This document shows positions 1-13,495 of a stretch of DNA of 64,000 bases, one piece after another; the stretch's first letter is position 1; every line of letters starts with the position of its first letter. The DNA comes from the human T2T-CHM13v2.0 reference genome, Homo sapiens. The translations under genes were made by a program, and so were the position numbers. Under the pieces are notes generated by a model, which ran no database searches, was not told the origin of the DNA, and was given only the letters and a program-made list of their open reading frames with translations. The stretch lies in NCBI RefSeq assembly GCF_009914755.1, contig NC_060948.1, one strand, 5' to 3'.

Positions 1-17
1 ATGGATTCGACTGGAAT

Positions 18-32
18 GGAATGTTCTGGAAG
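18..32. promoter_or_regulatory. Perfect heat-shock element HSE1 (gGAAt gTTCt gGAAg), repeated once per unit
   Basis: Exact match to nGAAnnTTCnnGAAn and intact in every copy in the window. Binding is not demonstrable from sequence. Confidence 0.6.
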
Positions 33-282
33 TGAATGGACTCCAATGGAATGGATTCCAAAGGAATGGAATCGTACGGAATGGAATTAAATGGAAATGA
101 ATCAAATTGAATAGCACGGAATTGAATTGAATGGAATGGAATGCAATGGAATCTAATGAAACGGAAAGGAAAGGAATGGAATGGAATGGAATGGGCTGGA
201 ATGGAAAGGAATCGAAACGAATGGAATGGAATCGAACTGAAGAGACTGGAATGGAATGCACTGGAATGGAAGGGAGTGTAAT

Positions 283-297
283 GGAAGGTTCTCGAAA
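283..297. promoter_or_regulatory. Perfect heat-shock element HSE2 (gGAAg gTTCt cGAAa), once per unit, lost in some units
   Basis: Exact match to nGAAnnTTCnnGAAn. TTC>TTG variant at 25229, 35931, 49247, 58431, 62005. Confidence 0.55.
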
Positions 298-1308
298 AAA
301 ATGGAATCGAATGGAATGGAATTGAATGGAATGGAATAGAGTCGAATGGAATTGAATGGAATGGAATGGACTAGAGTGAAATGGAATCGAACCACAAGGA
401 ATGGACAGGAATAGAATGGTCTCGAATTGAATGGAATCGTATGGAATGGCATCAAACGGAATGGAATGGACAGCCACGGAATGGAATGCACTCGAATGCA
501 ATGGAGTCGAAACTAATGGACTGGAATAGAATGGACTCGACTGGTACGGACTCCAATGGAATGGAATCGAATGGAAGGGAATCGAACGGAATGGACTCGA
601 AGGGAAAAGACTGCAATGGAAAGGTCTCGAATGGAATGGAAATTAATGGAATGGAATGGAATCGAATGAAATGGAGTCAAAAGGAATGGAATCGAATGGC
701 AAGAAATCGAATGTAATGGAATCGCAAGGAATTGATGTGAACGGAACGGAATGGAATGGAATCCAAAGGAATGGAATAGAATGGAATGGAATCGAATGGA
801 AATGACTCGAATGGAAATCACTCGAATAGAATGCAATTTAATAAAATAGGATCAAATGTAATGGAATGGAATGGAAAGGAATCGAAACGAAAGGAATGGA
901 GACAGATGGAATGGAATGGAACAGAGAGCAATGGTATAGAATGGAATGGAATCATCTGGAATGGAATTGAATGGAATGGAATAATATGAAATGGAATGGA
1001 ATGGAATGGAATGGAATGCCCTTGAATTAAATGGACTGGAATGGAATGGACTCGAACAGAGTGGAATGGAAAGTGTTGAGATAGAATGGAATGGACTCCT
1101 TTGGAATGGTGTAGTATGCAATGCAATCGACTGGCAGGGAATCAAAAGGAATGTAATGGAATGGACTGGACTGGAATGCAATGGACTCGAATAGATTGGA
1201 AACGGAATGCAAAGGAATGGAATGGAATAGTATGGAATGGAATGGAAAGGAATGGAGTGGAATAGAATAGAGTGGAATGGAATGGACTGGAAAGCAATGG
1301 ACTGGAAT

Positions 1309-1323
1309 GGAACTTTCTTGAAT
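1309..1323. promoter_or_regulatory. Perfect heat-shock element HSE3 (gGAAc tTTCt tGAAt), once per unit, lost in some units
   Basis: Exact match to nGAAnnTTCnnGAAn. Third GAA>GGA in U7, U10, U11, U14, U15, U18, U19. Confidence 0.55.
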
Positions 1324-4300
1324 GGACTGGAATCAAACGGAATGGAATGCAATGCAATCAAATGGCATGGAATAAAATAGAATGAAAGAGAATCAAATGG
1401 AATTGAATCGAATGGAATCGAATGGATTGGAAAGGAATAGAATGCAATGGAATGGAATGGACTCAAATGGAATGGACTAGAATGGAATGGATTCGAATGG
1501 AAGGCAAAGGAATGGAATCTATTGGAATGGACTGTAATGGAATGGAATGGAAGGGATTGGAATGGACTCGAATGGAATGGACTGCAATAGAAAGGATTCG
1601 AATGGAATGAAAAAGAATTGAATGGAATAGAACAGAATGGAATCAAATCGAATGAAATGGAATGGAATAGAAAGGAATGGAATGAAATGGAATGGAAAGG
1701 ATTCGAATGGAATGCAATCGAATGGAATGGAATCGACCGGAATGGAATAAAATGGAAGAAAACTGGCAAGAAATGGAATCGAAATTAATGGAGTGTTATG
1801 GAACGGACTCAAAAGGAATTGAATGTAATAGAATGGAGTGGAGTGGACTCGAATATAATGGACTGGAATGGAATGAAATCACATGGAATGGGAACGAATG
1901 GAATGGAAAGGAATGGAATCGAATGGAAAGGAATCGAATGGAAGGGAATGCAATTGAATCAACAGGAATGGAAGGGAATAGAATAGACGGTAATGGAATG
2001 GACTCGAATAGAATGGACACGAATGCTCAAATTGAATGGACTCGAATGGAATGGAAACGAAAGGAATGTCATCGAATGGAATTGAATCGATTGGAATGAA
2101 ATCGCATAGAATGGAGTGGAATCAAATGGAATTGAATCGAAAGGAAAGGAAGCGAATGGACTGAAATGAAATGGAATGGAATTGAATGGAAACTAATGCA
2201 ATGGAATAGAATGGAACGAAATTTCACGGAATGGAATCAAACTGAATGGAATCAAATCAATGGAATCAAATCAAATGGAATGGAAAGGAATTGAATGGAG
2301 TAGATTGGATTGGATGGGATTGGAATGAAATGTACTGGAAAGGACTCGAGTTTCATGAAACGGAATGGAATGAATTGGAACGGAATGGACTCGAATGGAA
2401 TGGAATGTCATGGAATGGCATCAAATGGAATGGCATCAAATGGAATGGAATCGAATGCAATGGAATGCTATGGAATGGAATGGAATGCATTGGAATGGAA
2501 TGTCCTCTAATGGAATGGATTCGAGTGGAATGGAATCGAATATAATGGAGTCGAATGAAATGGAATTGAAAGGAATGGGATCGAATAGAATGGAATATAC
2601 TGGAATGTAATGTAATGAACTCGAATGTAATTGACTGGAATGGAATGTACATGAATGGAATGTAATCGAATGGAAAGTAATCCAATGGAATAGAATCTAA
2701 TGCAATAAAACCGACTCAGATAGAGTAGAATGTAATGGAATGGAGTGCAGTGCAATGGAAGGGAATGGAATTGAATGCAATAGAATGGAATGGAATGGAA
2801 TGGAATGGAATGGAATGGAATGGGATGGAATGGTATGGAATGGATAGTAATGGACTGGAGTGAAATGGACTGGAAAGGAATGGACTCAAATTGAAAGGGC
2901 TCGAAAGGAATGGAGTCAAATGGAATGCTCTGGAATGGAAAGAACACGAATGTAATGCAATCCAATAGAATGGAATCGAATGGCATGGAATATAAAGAAA
3001 TGGAATCGAAGAGAATGGAAACAAATGGAATGGAATTGAATGGAATGGAATTGAATGGAATGGGAACGAATGGAGTGAAATTGTATGCAGTAGAAGGGAA
3101 TAGAATGGAATGCAAGCGAAAGGAAAGGAATGGATTGGAATGGAATGGAATTCATTGGAATGGAAGGGAATGTAGTGTAATGGACAGGCCTGGAATAAAG
3201 TGGAATGCTACGGTCTCGAATGGAATAAAAATATATGGAATGGAATGCAATGAAACGGAATCGAATGTCATAGAATGTAATGGAATGCAAAAAAATGGAA
3301 TCCAAAATCATTGACGGGAAAGGCTGGGTGTCGAAAGGAATTGACTCCAATGGAATGGAATCGAATGGAATGGAAGTGAATAGAATCGAACTAAATCGAA
3401 TGGAATGGAATTGATAGGAACGGAATGGAAAGGAATGCAATGATTTGGCATGGAATGGAATCGAATGGCATCGAATGGAATGGAATGGAATGCAATGGAA
3501 TGGAATGTATTAGAATGTAATGAACTTTAATGGAATGTACTCGAATGGATTCGACTGGAATGGAATGTTCTGGAAGTGAATGGACTCCAATGGAATGGAT
3601 TCAAAAGGAATGGAATCGTACGGAATGGAATCTAATGGAATGGAATTAAATGGAAATGAATCAAATTGAATAGCACGGAATTGAATTGAATGGAATGGAA
3701 TGCAATGGAATCTAATGAAACGGAAAGGAAAGGAATGGAATGGAATGGAATGGGCTGGAATGGAAAGGAATCGAAACGAATGGAATGGAATCGAACTGAA
3801 GAGACTGGAATGGAATGCACTGGAATGGAAGGGAGTGTAATGGAAGGTTCTCGAAAAAAATGGAATCGAATGGAATGGAATTGAATGGAACGGAATAGAG
3901 TCGAATGGAATTGAATGGAATGGAATGGACTAGAGTGAAATGGAATCGAACCACAAGGAATGGACAGGAATAGAATGGTCTCGAATTGAATGGAATCGTA
4001 TGGAATGGCATCAAACGGAATGGAATGGACAGCCACGGAATGGAATGCACTCGAATGCAATGGAGTCGAAACTAATGGACTGGAATAGAATGGACTCGAC
4101 TGGTACGGACTCCAATGGAATGGAATCGAATGGAAGGGAATCGAACGGAATGGACTCGAAGGGAAAAGACTGCAATGGAAAGGTCTAGAATGGAATGGAA
4201 ATTAATGGAATGGAATGGAATCGAATGAAATGGAGTCAAAAGGAATGGAATCGAATGGCAAGAAATCGAATGTAATGGAATCACAAGGAATTGATGTGAA

Positions 4301-7300
4301 CGGAACGGAATGGAATGGAATCCAAAGGAATGGAATAGAATGGAATGGAATCGAATGGAAAGGACTCGAATTGAAATCACTCGAATAGAATGCAATTTAA
4401 TAAAATAGGATCAAATGTAATTGAATGGAATGGAAAGGAATCGAAACGAAAGGAATGGAGACAGATGGAATGGAATGGAACAGAGAGCAATGGTATAGAA
4501 TAGAATGGAATCATCTGGAAAGGAATTGAATGGAATGGAATAATATGAAATGGAATGGAATGGAATGGAATGTAATGCCCTTGAATTAAATGGACTGGAA
4601 TGGAATGGACTCGAACAGAGTGGAATGGAAAGTGTTGAGATAGAATGGAATGGACTCCTTTAGAATGGTGTAGTATGCAATGCAATCGACTGGCAGGGAA
4701 TCAAAAGGAATGTAATCGAATGGATTGGACTGGAATGCAATGGACTCGAATAGATTGCAAACGGAATGCAAAGGAATGGAATGGAATAGTATGGAATGGA
4801 ATGGAAAGGAATGGAGTGGAATAGACTAGAGTGGAATGGAATGGACTGGAAAGCAATGGACTGGAATGGAACTTTCTTGAATGGACTGGAATCAAACGGA
4901 ATGGAATGCAATGCAATCAAATGGCATGGAATAAAATAGAATGAAAGAGAATCAAATGGAATTGAATCGAATGGAATCGAATGGATTGGAAAGGAATAGA
5001 ATGGAATGGAATGGAATTGACTCAAATGGAATGGACTAGAATGGAATGGATTCGAATGGAAGGCAAAGGAATGGAATCTATTGGAATGGACTGTAATGGA
5101 ATGGAATGGAAGGGATTGGAATGGACTCGAATGCAATGGACTGCAATAGAAAGGATTCGAATGGAATGAAAAAGAATTGAATGGAATAGAACAGAATTTA
5201 ATCAAATCGAATGAAATGGAATGGAATAGAAAGGAATGGAATGAAATGGAATGGAAAGGATTCGAATGGAATGCAATCGAATGTAATGCAGTCGTACGGA
5301 ATGGAATAAAATGGAAGAAAACTGGCAAGAAATGGAATCGAAATGAATGGAGTGTTATGGAACGGACTCAAAAGGAATTGAATGTAATAGAATGGAGTGG
5401 AGTGGACTCGAATATAATGGACTGGAATGGAATGAAATCACATGGAATGGGAACGAATGGAATGGAATGGAAAGGAATGGAATCGAATGGAAAGGAATCG
5501 AATGGAAGGGAATGAAATTGAATCAACAGGAATGGAAGGGAATAGAATAGACGGTAATGGAATGGACTCGAATAGAATGGACACGAATGCTCAAATTGAA
5601 TGGACTCGAATGGAATGGAAACGAAAGGAATGTCATCGAATGGAATTGAATCGATTGGAATGAAATCGCATAGAATGGAGTGGAATCAAATGGAATTGAA
5701 TCGAAAGGAAAGGAAGCGAATGGACTGAAATGAAATGGAATGGAATTGAATGGAAAGTAATGCAATGGAATAGAATGGAACGAAATTTCACGGAATGGAA
5801 TCAAACTGAATGGAATCAAATCAATGGAATCTAATCAAATGGAATGGAAAGGAATTGAATGGAGTAGATTGGATTGGATGGGATTGGAATGAAATGTACT
5901 GGAAAGGACTCGAATTTCATGAAACGGAATGGAATGAATTGGAACGGAATGGACTCGAATGGAATGGAATGTCATGGAATGGCATCAAATGGAATGGCAT
6001 CAAATGGAATGGAATCGAATGCAATGGAATGCTATGGAATGGAATGGAATGCATTGGAATGGAATGTCCTCTAATGGAATGGATTCGAGTGGAATGGAAT
6101 CGAATATAATGGAGTCGAATGAAATGGAATTGAAAGGAATGGGATCGAATACAATGGAATATACTGGAATGTAATGTAATGAACTAAAATGTAATTGACT
6201 GGAATGGAATGTACATGAATGGAATGTAATCGAATGGAAAGTAATCCAATGGAATAGAATCTAATGCAATAAAATCGACTCAGATAGAGTAGAATGTAAT
6301 GGAATGGAGTGCAGTGCAATGGAATGGAATGGAATGGAATGGAATGGAATGGAATGGAATGGAATGGAATGGGATGGAATGGTATGGAATGGACAGTAAT
6401 GGACTGGAGTGAAATGGACTGGAAAGGAATGGACTCAAATTGAAAGGGCTCGAAAGGAATAGAGACAAATGGAATGGTCTGGAATGGAATGAACACGAAT
6501 GTAATGCAATCCAATAGAATGGAGTCGAATGGCATGGAATATAAAGAAATGGAATCGAAGAGAATGGAAACAAATGGAATGGAATTGAATGGAATGGAAT
6601 TGAATGGAATGGGAACGAATGGAGTGAAATTGTATGCAGTAGAAGAGAATAGAATGGAATGCAAGCGAAAGGAAAGGAATGGATTGGAATGGAATGGAAT
6701 TCATTGGAATGGAAGGGAATGTAGTGTAATGGACAGGCCTGGAATAAAGTGGAATGCTAAGGTCTCGAATGGAATAAAAATGTATGGAATGGAATGCAAT
6801 GAAACGGAATCGAATGTCATAGAATGTAATGGAATGCAAAAAAATGGAATCCAAAATCATTGACTGGAAAGGCTGGGTGTCGAAAGGAATTGACTCCAAT
6901 GGAATGGAATCGAATGGAATGGAAGTGAATAGAATCGAACTAAATCGAATGGAATGGAATTGATAGGAACGGAATGGAAAGGAATGCAATGATTTGGCAT
7001 GGAATGGAATCGAATGGCATCGAATGGAATGGAATGGAATGCAATGGAATGGAATGTATTAGAATGTAATGAACTTTAATGGAATGTACTCGAATGCATT
7101 CGACTGGAATGGAATTTTCTGGAAGTGAATGGACTCCAATGGAATGGATTCAAAAGTAATGGAATCTTACGGAATGGAATCTAATGGAATGGAATTAAAT
7201 GGAAATGAATCAAATTGAATAGCACGGAATTGAATTGAATGGAATGGAATGCAATGAAATCTAATGAAACGGAAAGGAAAGGAATGGAATGGAATGGAAT

Positions 7301-10300
7301 GGGCTGGAATGGAAAGGAATCGAAACGAATGGAATGGAATCGAACTGAAGAGACTGGAATGGAATGCACTGGAATGGAAGGGAGTGTAATGGAAGGTTCT
7401 CGAAAAAAATGGAATCGAATGGAATGGAATTGAATGGAAAGGAATAGAGTCGAATGGAATTGAATGGAATGGAATGGACTAGAGTGAAATGGAATCGAAC
7501 CACAAGGAATGGACAGGAATAGAATGGTCTCGAATTGAATGGGATCGTATGGAATGGCATCAAACGGAATGGAATGGACAGCCACGGAATGGAATGCACT
7601 CGAATGCAATGGAGTCGAAACTAATGGACTGGAATAGAATGGACTCGACTGGTACGGACTCCAATGGAATGGAATCGAATGGAAGGGAATCGAACGGAAT
7701 GGACTCGAAGGGAAAAGACTGCAATGGAAAGGTCTCGAATGGAATGGAAATTAATGGAATGGAATGGAATCGAATGAAATGGAGTCAAAAGGAATGGAAT
7801 CGAATGGCAAGAAATCGAATGTAATGGAATCGCAAGGAATTGATGTGAACGGAACGGAATGGAATGGAATCCAAAGGAATGGAATAGAATGGAATGGAAT
7901 CGAATGGAAAGGACTCGAATGGAAATCACTCGAATAGAATGCAATTTAATAAAATAGGATCAAATGTAATGGAATGGAATGGAAAGGAATCGAAACGAAA
8001 GGAATGGAGACAGATGGAATGGAATGGAACAGAGAGCAATGGTATAGAATGGAATGGAATCATCTGGAATGGAATTGAATGGAATGGAATAATATGAAAT
8101 GGAATGGAATGGAATGGAATGGAATGCCCTTGAATTAAATGGACTGGACTCGAACAGAGTGGAATGGAAAGTGTTGAGATAGAATGGAATGGACTCCTTT
8201 GGAATGGTGTAGTATGCAATGCAATCGACTGGCATGGAATCAAAAGGAATGTAATGGAATGGATTGGACTGGAATGCAATGGACTCGAATAGATTGGAAA
8301 CGGAATGCAAAGGAATGGAATGGAATAGTATGGAATTTAATGGAAAGGAATGGAGTGGAATAGACTAGAGTGGAATGGAATGGACTGGAAAGCAATGGAC
8401 TGGAATGGAACATTCTTGAATGGACTGGAATCAAACGGAATGGAATGCAATGCAATCAAATGGCATGGAATAAAATAGAATGAAAGAGAATCAAATGGAA
8501 TTGAATCGAATGGAATCGAATGGATTGGAAAGGAATAGAATGGAATGGAATGGAATTGACTCAAATGGAATGGACTAGAATGGAATGGATTCGAATGGAA
8601 GGCAAAGGAATGGAATCTACTGGAATGGACTGTAATGGAATGGAATGGAAGGGATTGGTATGGACTCGAATGGAATGGACTGCAATAGAAAGGATTCGAA
8701 TGGAATGAAAAAGAATTGAATGGAATAGAACAGAATGGAATCAAATCGAATGAAATGGAATGGAATAGAAAGGAATGGAATGAAATGGAATGGAAAGGAT
8801 TCGAATGGAATGCAATCGAATGGAATGGAATCGAACGGAATGGAATAAAATGGAAGAAAACTGGCAAGAAATGGAATCGAAATGAATGGAGTGTTATGGA
8901 ACGGACTCAAAAGGAATTGAATGTAATAGAATGGAGTGGAGTGGACTCGAATATAATGGACTGGAATGGAATGAAATCACATGGAATGGGAACGAATGGA
9001 ATGGAATGGAAAGGAATGGAATCGAATGGAAAGGAATCGAATGGAAGGGAATGAAATTGAATCAACAGGAATGGAAGGGAATAGAATAGACGGTAATGGA
9101 ATGGACTCGAATAGAATGGACACGAATGCTCAAATTGAATGGACTCGAATGGAATGGAAACGAAAGGAATGTCATCGAATGGAATTGAATCGATTGGAAT
9201 GAAATCGCATAGAATGGAGTGGAATCAAATGGAATTGAATCGAAAGGAAAGGAAGCGAATGGACTGAAATGAAATGGAATGGAATTGAATGGAAACTAAT
9301 GCAATGGAATAGAATGGAACGAAATTTCACGGAATGGAATCAAACTGAATGGAATCAAATCAATGGAATCAAATCAAATGGAATGGAAAGGAATTGAATG
9401 GAGTAGATTGGATTGGATGGGATTGGAATGAAATGTACTGGAAAGGACTCGAATTTCATGAAACGGAATGGAATGAATTGGAACGGAATGGACTCGAATG
9501 GAATGGAATGTCATGGAATGGCATCAAATGGAATGGCATCAAATGGAATGGAATCGAATGCAATGGAATGTTATGGAATGGAATGGAATGCATTGGAATG
9601 GAATGTCCTCTAATGGAATGGATTCGAGTGGAATGGAATCGAATATAATGGAGTCGAATGAAATGGAGTTGAAAGGAATGGGATCGAATACAATGGAATA
9701 TACTGGAATGTAATGTAATGAACTCGAATGTAATTGACTGGAATGGAATGTACATGAATGGAATGTAATCGAATGGAAAGTAATCCAATGGAATAGAATC
9801 TAATGCAATAAAATCGACTCAGATAGAGTAGAATGTAATGGAATGGAGTGCAGTGCAATGGAATGGAAAGGAATGGAATGCAATGGAATGGAATGGAATG
9901 GAATGGAATGGAATGGAATGGAATGGTGTGGAATGGATAGTAATGGACTGGAGTGAAATGGACTGGAAAGGAATGGACTCAAATTGAAAGGGCTCGAAAG
10001 GAATGGAGTCAAATGGAATGGTCTGGAATGGAATGAACACGAATGTAATGCAATCCAATAGAATGGAATCGAATGGCATGGAATATAAAGAAATGGAATC
10101 GAAGAGAATGGAAACAAATGGAATGGAATTGAGTGGAATGGAATTGAATGGAATGGGAACGAATGGAGTGAAATTGTATGCAGTAGAAGAGAATAGAATG
10201 GAATGCAAGCGAAAGGAAAGGAATGGATTGGAATGGAATGGAATTCATTGGAATGGAAGGGAATGTAGTGTAATGGACAGGCCTGGAATAAAGTGGAATG

Positions 10301-13300
10301 CTACGGTCTCGAATGGAATAAAAATGTATGGAATGGAATTCAATGAAACGGAATCGAATGTCATAGAATGTAATGGAATGCAAAAAAATGGAATCCAAAA
10401 TCATTGACAGGAAAGGCTGGGTGTCGAAAGGAATTGACTCCAATGGAATGGAATCGAATGGAATGGAAGTGAATAGAATCGAACTAAATCGAATGGAATG
10501 GAATTGATAGGAACGGAATGGAAAGGAATGCAATGATTTGGCATGGAATGGAATCGAATGGCATCGAATGGAATGGAATGGAATGCAATGGAATGGAATG
10601 TATTAGAATGAAATGAACTTTAATGGAATGTACTCGAATGGATTCGACTGGAATGGAATGTTCTGGAAGTGAATGGACTCCAATGGAATGGATTCAAAAG
10701 GAATGGAATCGTACGGAATGGAATCTAATGGAATGGAATTAAATGGAAATGAATCAAATTGAATAGCACGGAATTGAATTGAATGGAATGGAATGCAATG
10801 GAATCTAATGAAACGGAAAGGAAAGGAATGGAATGGAATGGAATGGACTGGAATGGAAAGGAATCGAAACGAATGGAATGGAATCGAACTGAAGAGACTG
10901 GAATGGAATGCATTGGAATGGAAGGGAGTGTAATGGAAGGTTCTCGAAAAAAATGGAATCGAATGGAATGGAATTGAATGGAACGGAATAGAGTCGAATG
11001 GAATTGAATGGAATGGAATGGACTAGAGTGAAATGGAATCGAACCACAAGGAATGGACATGAATAGAATGGTCTCGAATTGAATGGAATCGTATGGAATG
11101 GCATCAAACGGAATGGAATGGACAGCCACGGAATGGAATGCACTCGAATGCAATGGAGTCGAAACTAATGGACTGGAATAGAATGGACTCGACTGGTACG
11201 GACTCCAATGGAATGGAATCGAATGGAAGGGAATCGAACGGAATGGACTCGAAGGGAAAAGACTGCAATGGAAAGGTCTCGAATGGAATGGAAATTAATG
11301 GAATGGAATGGAATCGAATGAAATGGAGTCAAAAGGAATGGAATCGAATGGCAAGAAATCGAATGTAATGGAATCAAAAGGAATTGATGTGAACGGAACG
11401 GAATGGAATGGAATCCAAAGGAATGGAATAGAATGGAATGGAATCGAATGGAAAGGACTCGAATGGAAATCACTCGAATAGAATGCAATTTAATAAAATA
11501 GGATCAAATGTAATGGAATGGAATGGAAGGGAATCGAAACGAAAGGAATGGAGACAGATGGAATGGAATGGAAGAGAGAGCAATGGTATAGAATGGAATG
11601 GAATCATCTGGAATGGAATTGAATGGAATGGAATAATATGAAATGGAATGGAATGGAATGGAATGGAATGCCCTTGAATTAAATGGACTGGAATGGAATG
11701 GACTCGAACAGAGTGGAATGGAAAGTGTTGAGATAGAATGGAATGGACTCCTTTGGAATGGTGTAGTATGCAATGCAATCGACTGGCAGGGAATCAAAAG
11801 GAATGTAATCGAATGGATTGGACTGGAATGCAATGGACTCGAATAGATTGGAAACGGAATGCAAAGGAATGGAATGGAATAGTATGGAATGGAATGGAAA
11901 GGAATGGAGTGGAATAGACTAGAGTGGAATGGAATGGACTGGAAAGCAATGGACTGGAATGGAACTTTCTTGAATGGACTGGAATCAAACGGAATGGAAT
12001 GCAATGCAATCAAATGGCATGGAATAAAATAGAATGAAAGAGAATCAAATGGAATTGAATCGAATGGAATCGAATGGATTGGAAAGGAATAGAATGGAAT
12101 GGAATGGAATTGACTCAAATGGAATGGACTAGAATGGAATGGATTCGAATGGAAGGCAAAGGAATGGAATCTATTGGAATGGACTGTAATGGAATGGAAT
12201 GGAAGGGATTGGAATGGACTCGAATGGAATGGACTGCAATAGAAAGGATTCGAATGGAATGAAAAAGAATTGAATGGAATAGAACAGAATGGAATCAAAT
12301 CGAATGAAATGGAATGGAATAGAAAGGAATGGAATGAAATGGAATGGAAAGGATTCGAATGGAATGCAATCGAATGGAATGGAATCGAACGGAATGGAAT
12401 AAAATGGAAGAAAACTGGCAAGAAATGGAATCGAAATGAATGGAGTGTTATGGAACGGACTCAAAAGGAATTGAATGTAATAGAATGGAGTGGAGTGGAC
12501 TCGAATATAATGGACTGGAATGGAATGAAATCACATGGAATGGGAACGAATGGAATGGAATGGAAAGGAATGGAATCGAATGGAAAGGAATCGAATGGAA
12601 GGGAATGAAATTGAATCAACAGGAATGGAAGGGAATAGAATAGACGGTAATGGAATGGACTCGAATAGAATGGACACGAATGCTCAAATTGAATGGACTC
12701 GAATGGAATGGAAACGAAAGGAATGTCATCGAATGGAATTGAATCGATTGGAATGAAATCGCACAGAATGGAGTGGAATCAAATGGAATTGAATCGAAAG
12801 GAAAGGAAGCAAATGGACTGAAATGAAATGGAATTGAATTGAATGGAAAGTTATGTAATGGAATACAATGGAACGAAATTTCACGGAATGGAATCAAACT
12901 GAATGGAATCAAATCAATGGAATCAAATCAAATGGAATGGAAAGGAATTGAATGGAGTAGATTGGATGGGATGGGATTGGAATGAAATGTACTGGAAAGG
13001 ACTCGAATTTCATGAAACGGAATGGAATGAATTGGAACGGAATGGACTCGAATGGAATGGAATGTCAGGGAATGGCATCAAATGGAATGGCATCAAATGG
13101 AATGGAATCGAATGCAATGGAATGCTATGGAATGGAATGGAATGCATTGGAATGGAATGTCCTCTAATGGAATGGATTCGAGTGGAATGGAATCGAATAT
13201 AATGGAGTCGAATGAAATGGAATTGAAAGGAATAGGATCGAATACAATGGAATATACTGGAATGTAATTTAATGAACTCGAATGTAATTGACTGGAATGG

Positions 13301-13435
13301 AATGTACATGAATGGAATGTAATCGAATGGAAAGTAATCCAATGGAATAGAATCTAATGCAATAAAATCGACTCAGATAGAGTAGAATGTAACGGAATGG
13401 AGTGCAGTGCAATGGAATGGAATGGAATGGAATGC

Positions 13436-13495
13436 AATGGAATGGAATGGAATGGAATGGAATGGAATGGAATGGAATGGAATGGAATGGAATGG
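13436..13495 (+). repeat. Longest perfect (AATGG)n run noticed, 12 copies; length-variable site present in each full unit
   Basis: Counted directly. The homologous run has 11 copies at 6318-6372 and is much shorter in U10-U12 and U17. Confidence 0.8.

Noticed and set aside
2217-2362. Further HSE-like sites (CGAAATTTCACGGAA; TTTCATGAA)
   Set aside because: Only two correctly spaced units, with the third mismatched or mis-spaced, so not counted as perfect HSEs.
5826-5838. DUX4-like motif GAATCTAATCA in U2 and U5
   Set aside because: Mismatch at the TAA core and present in only two units; too weak to call.
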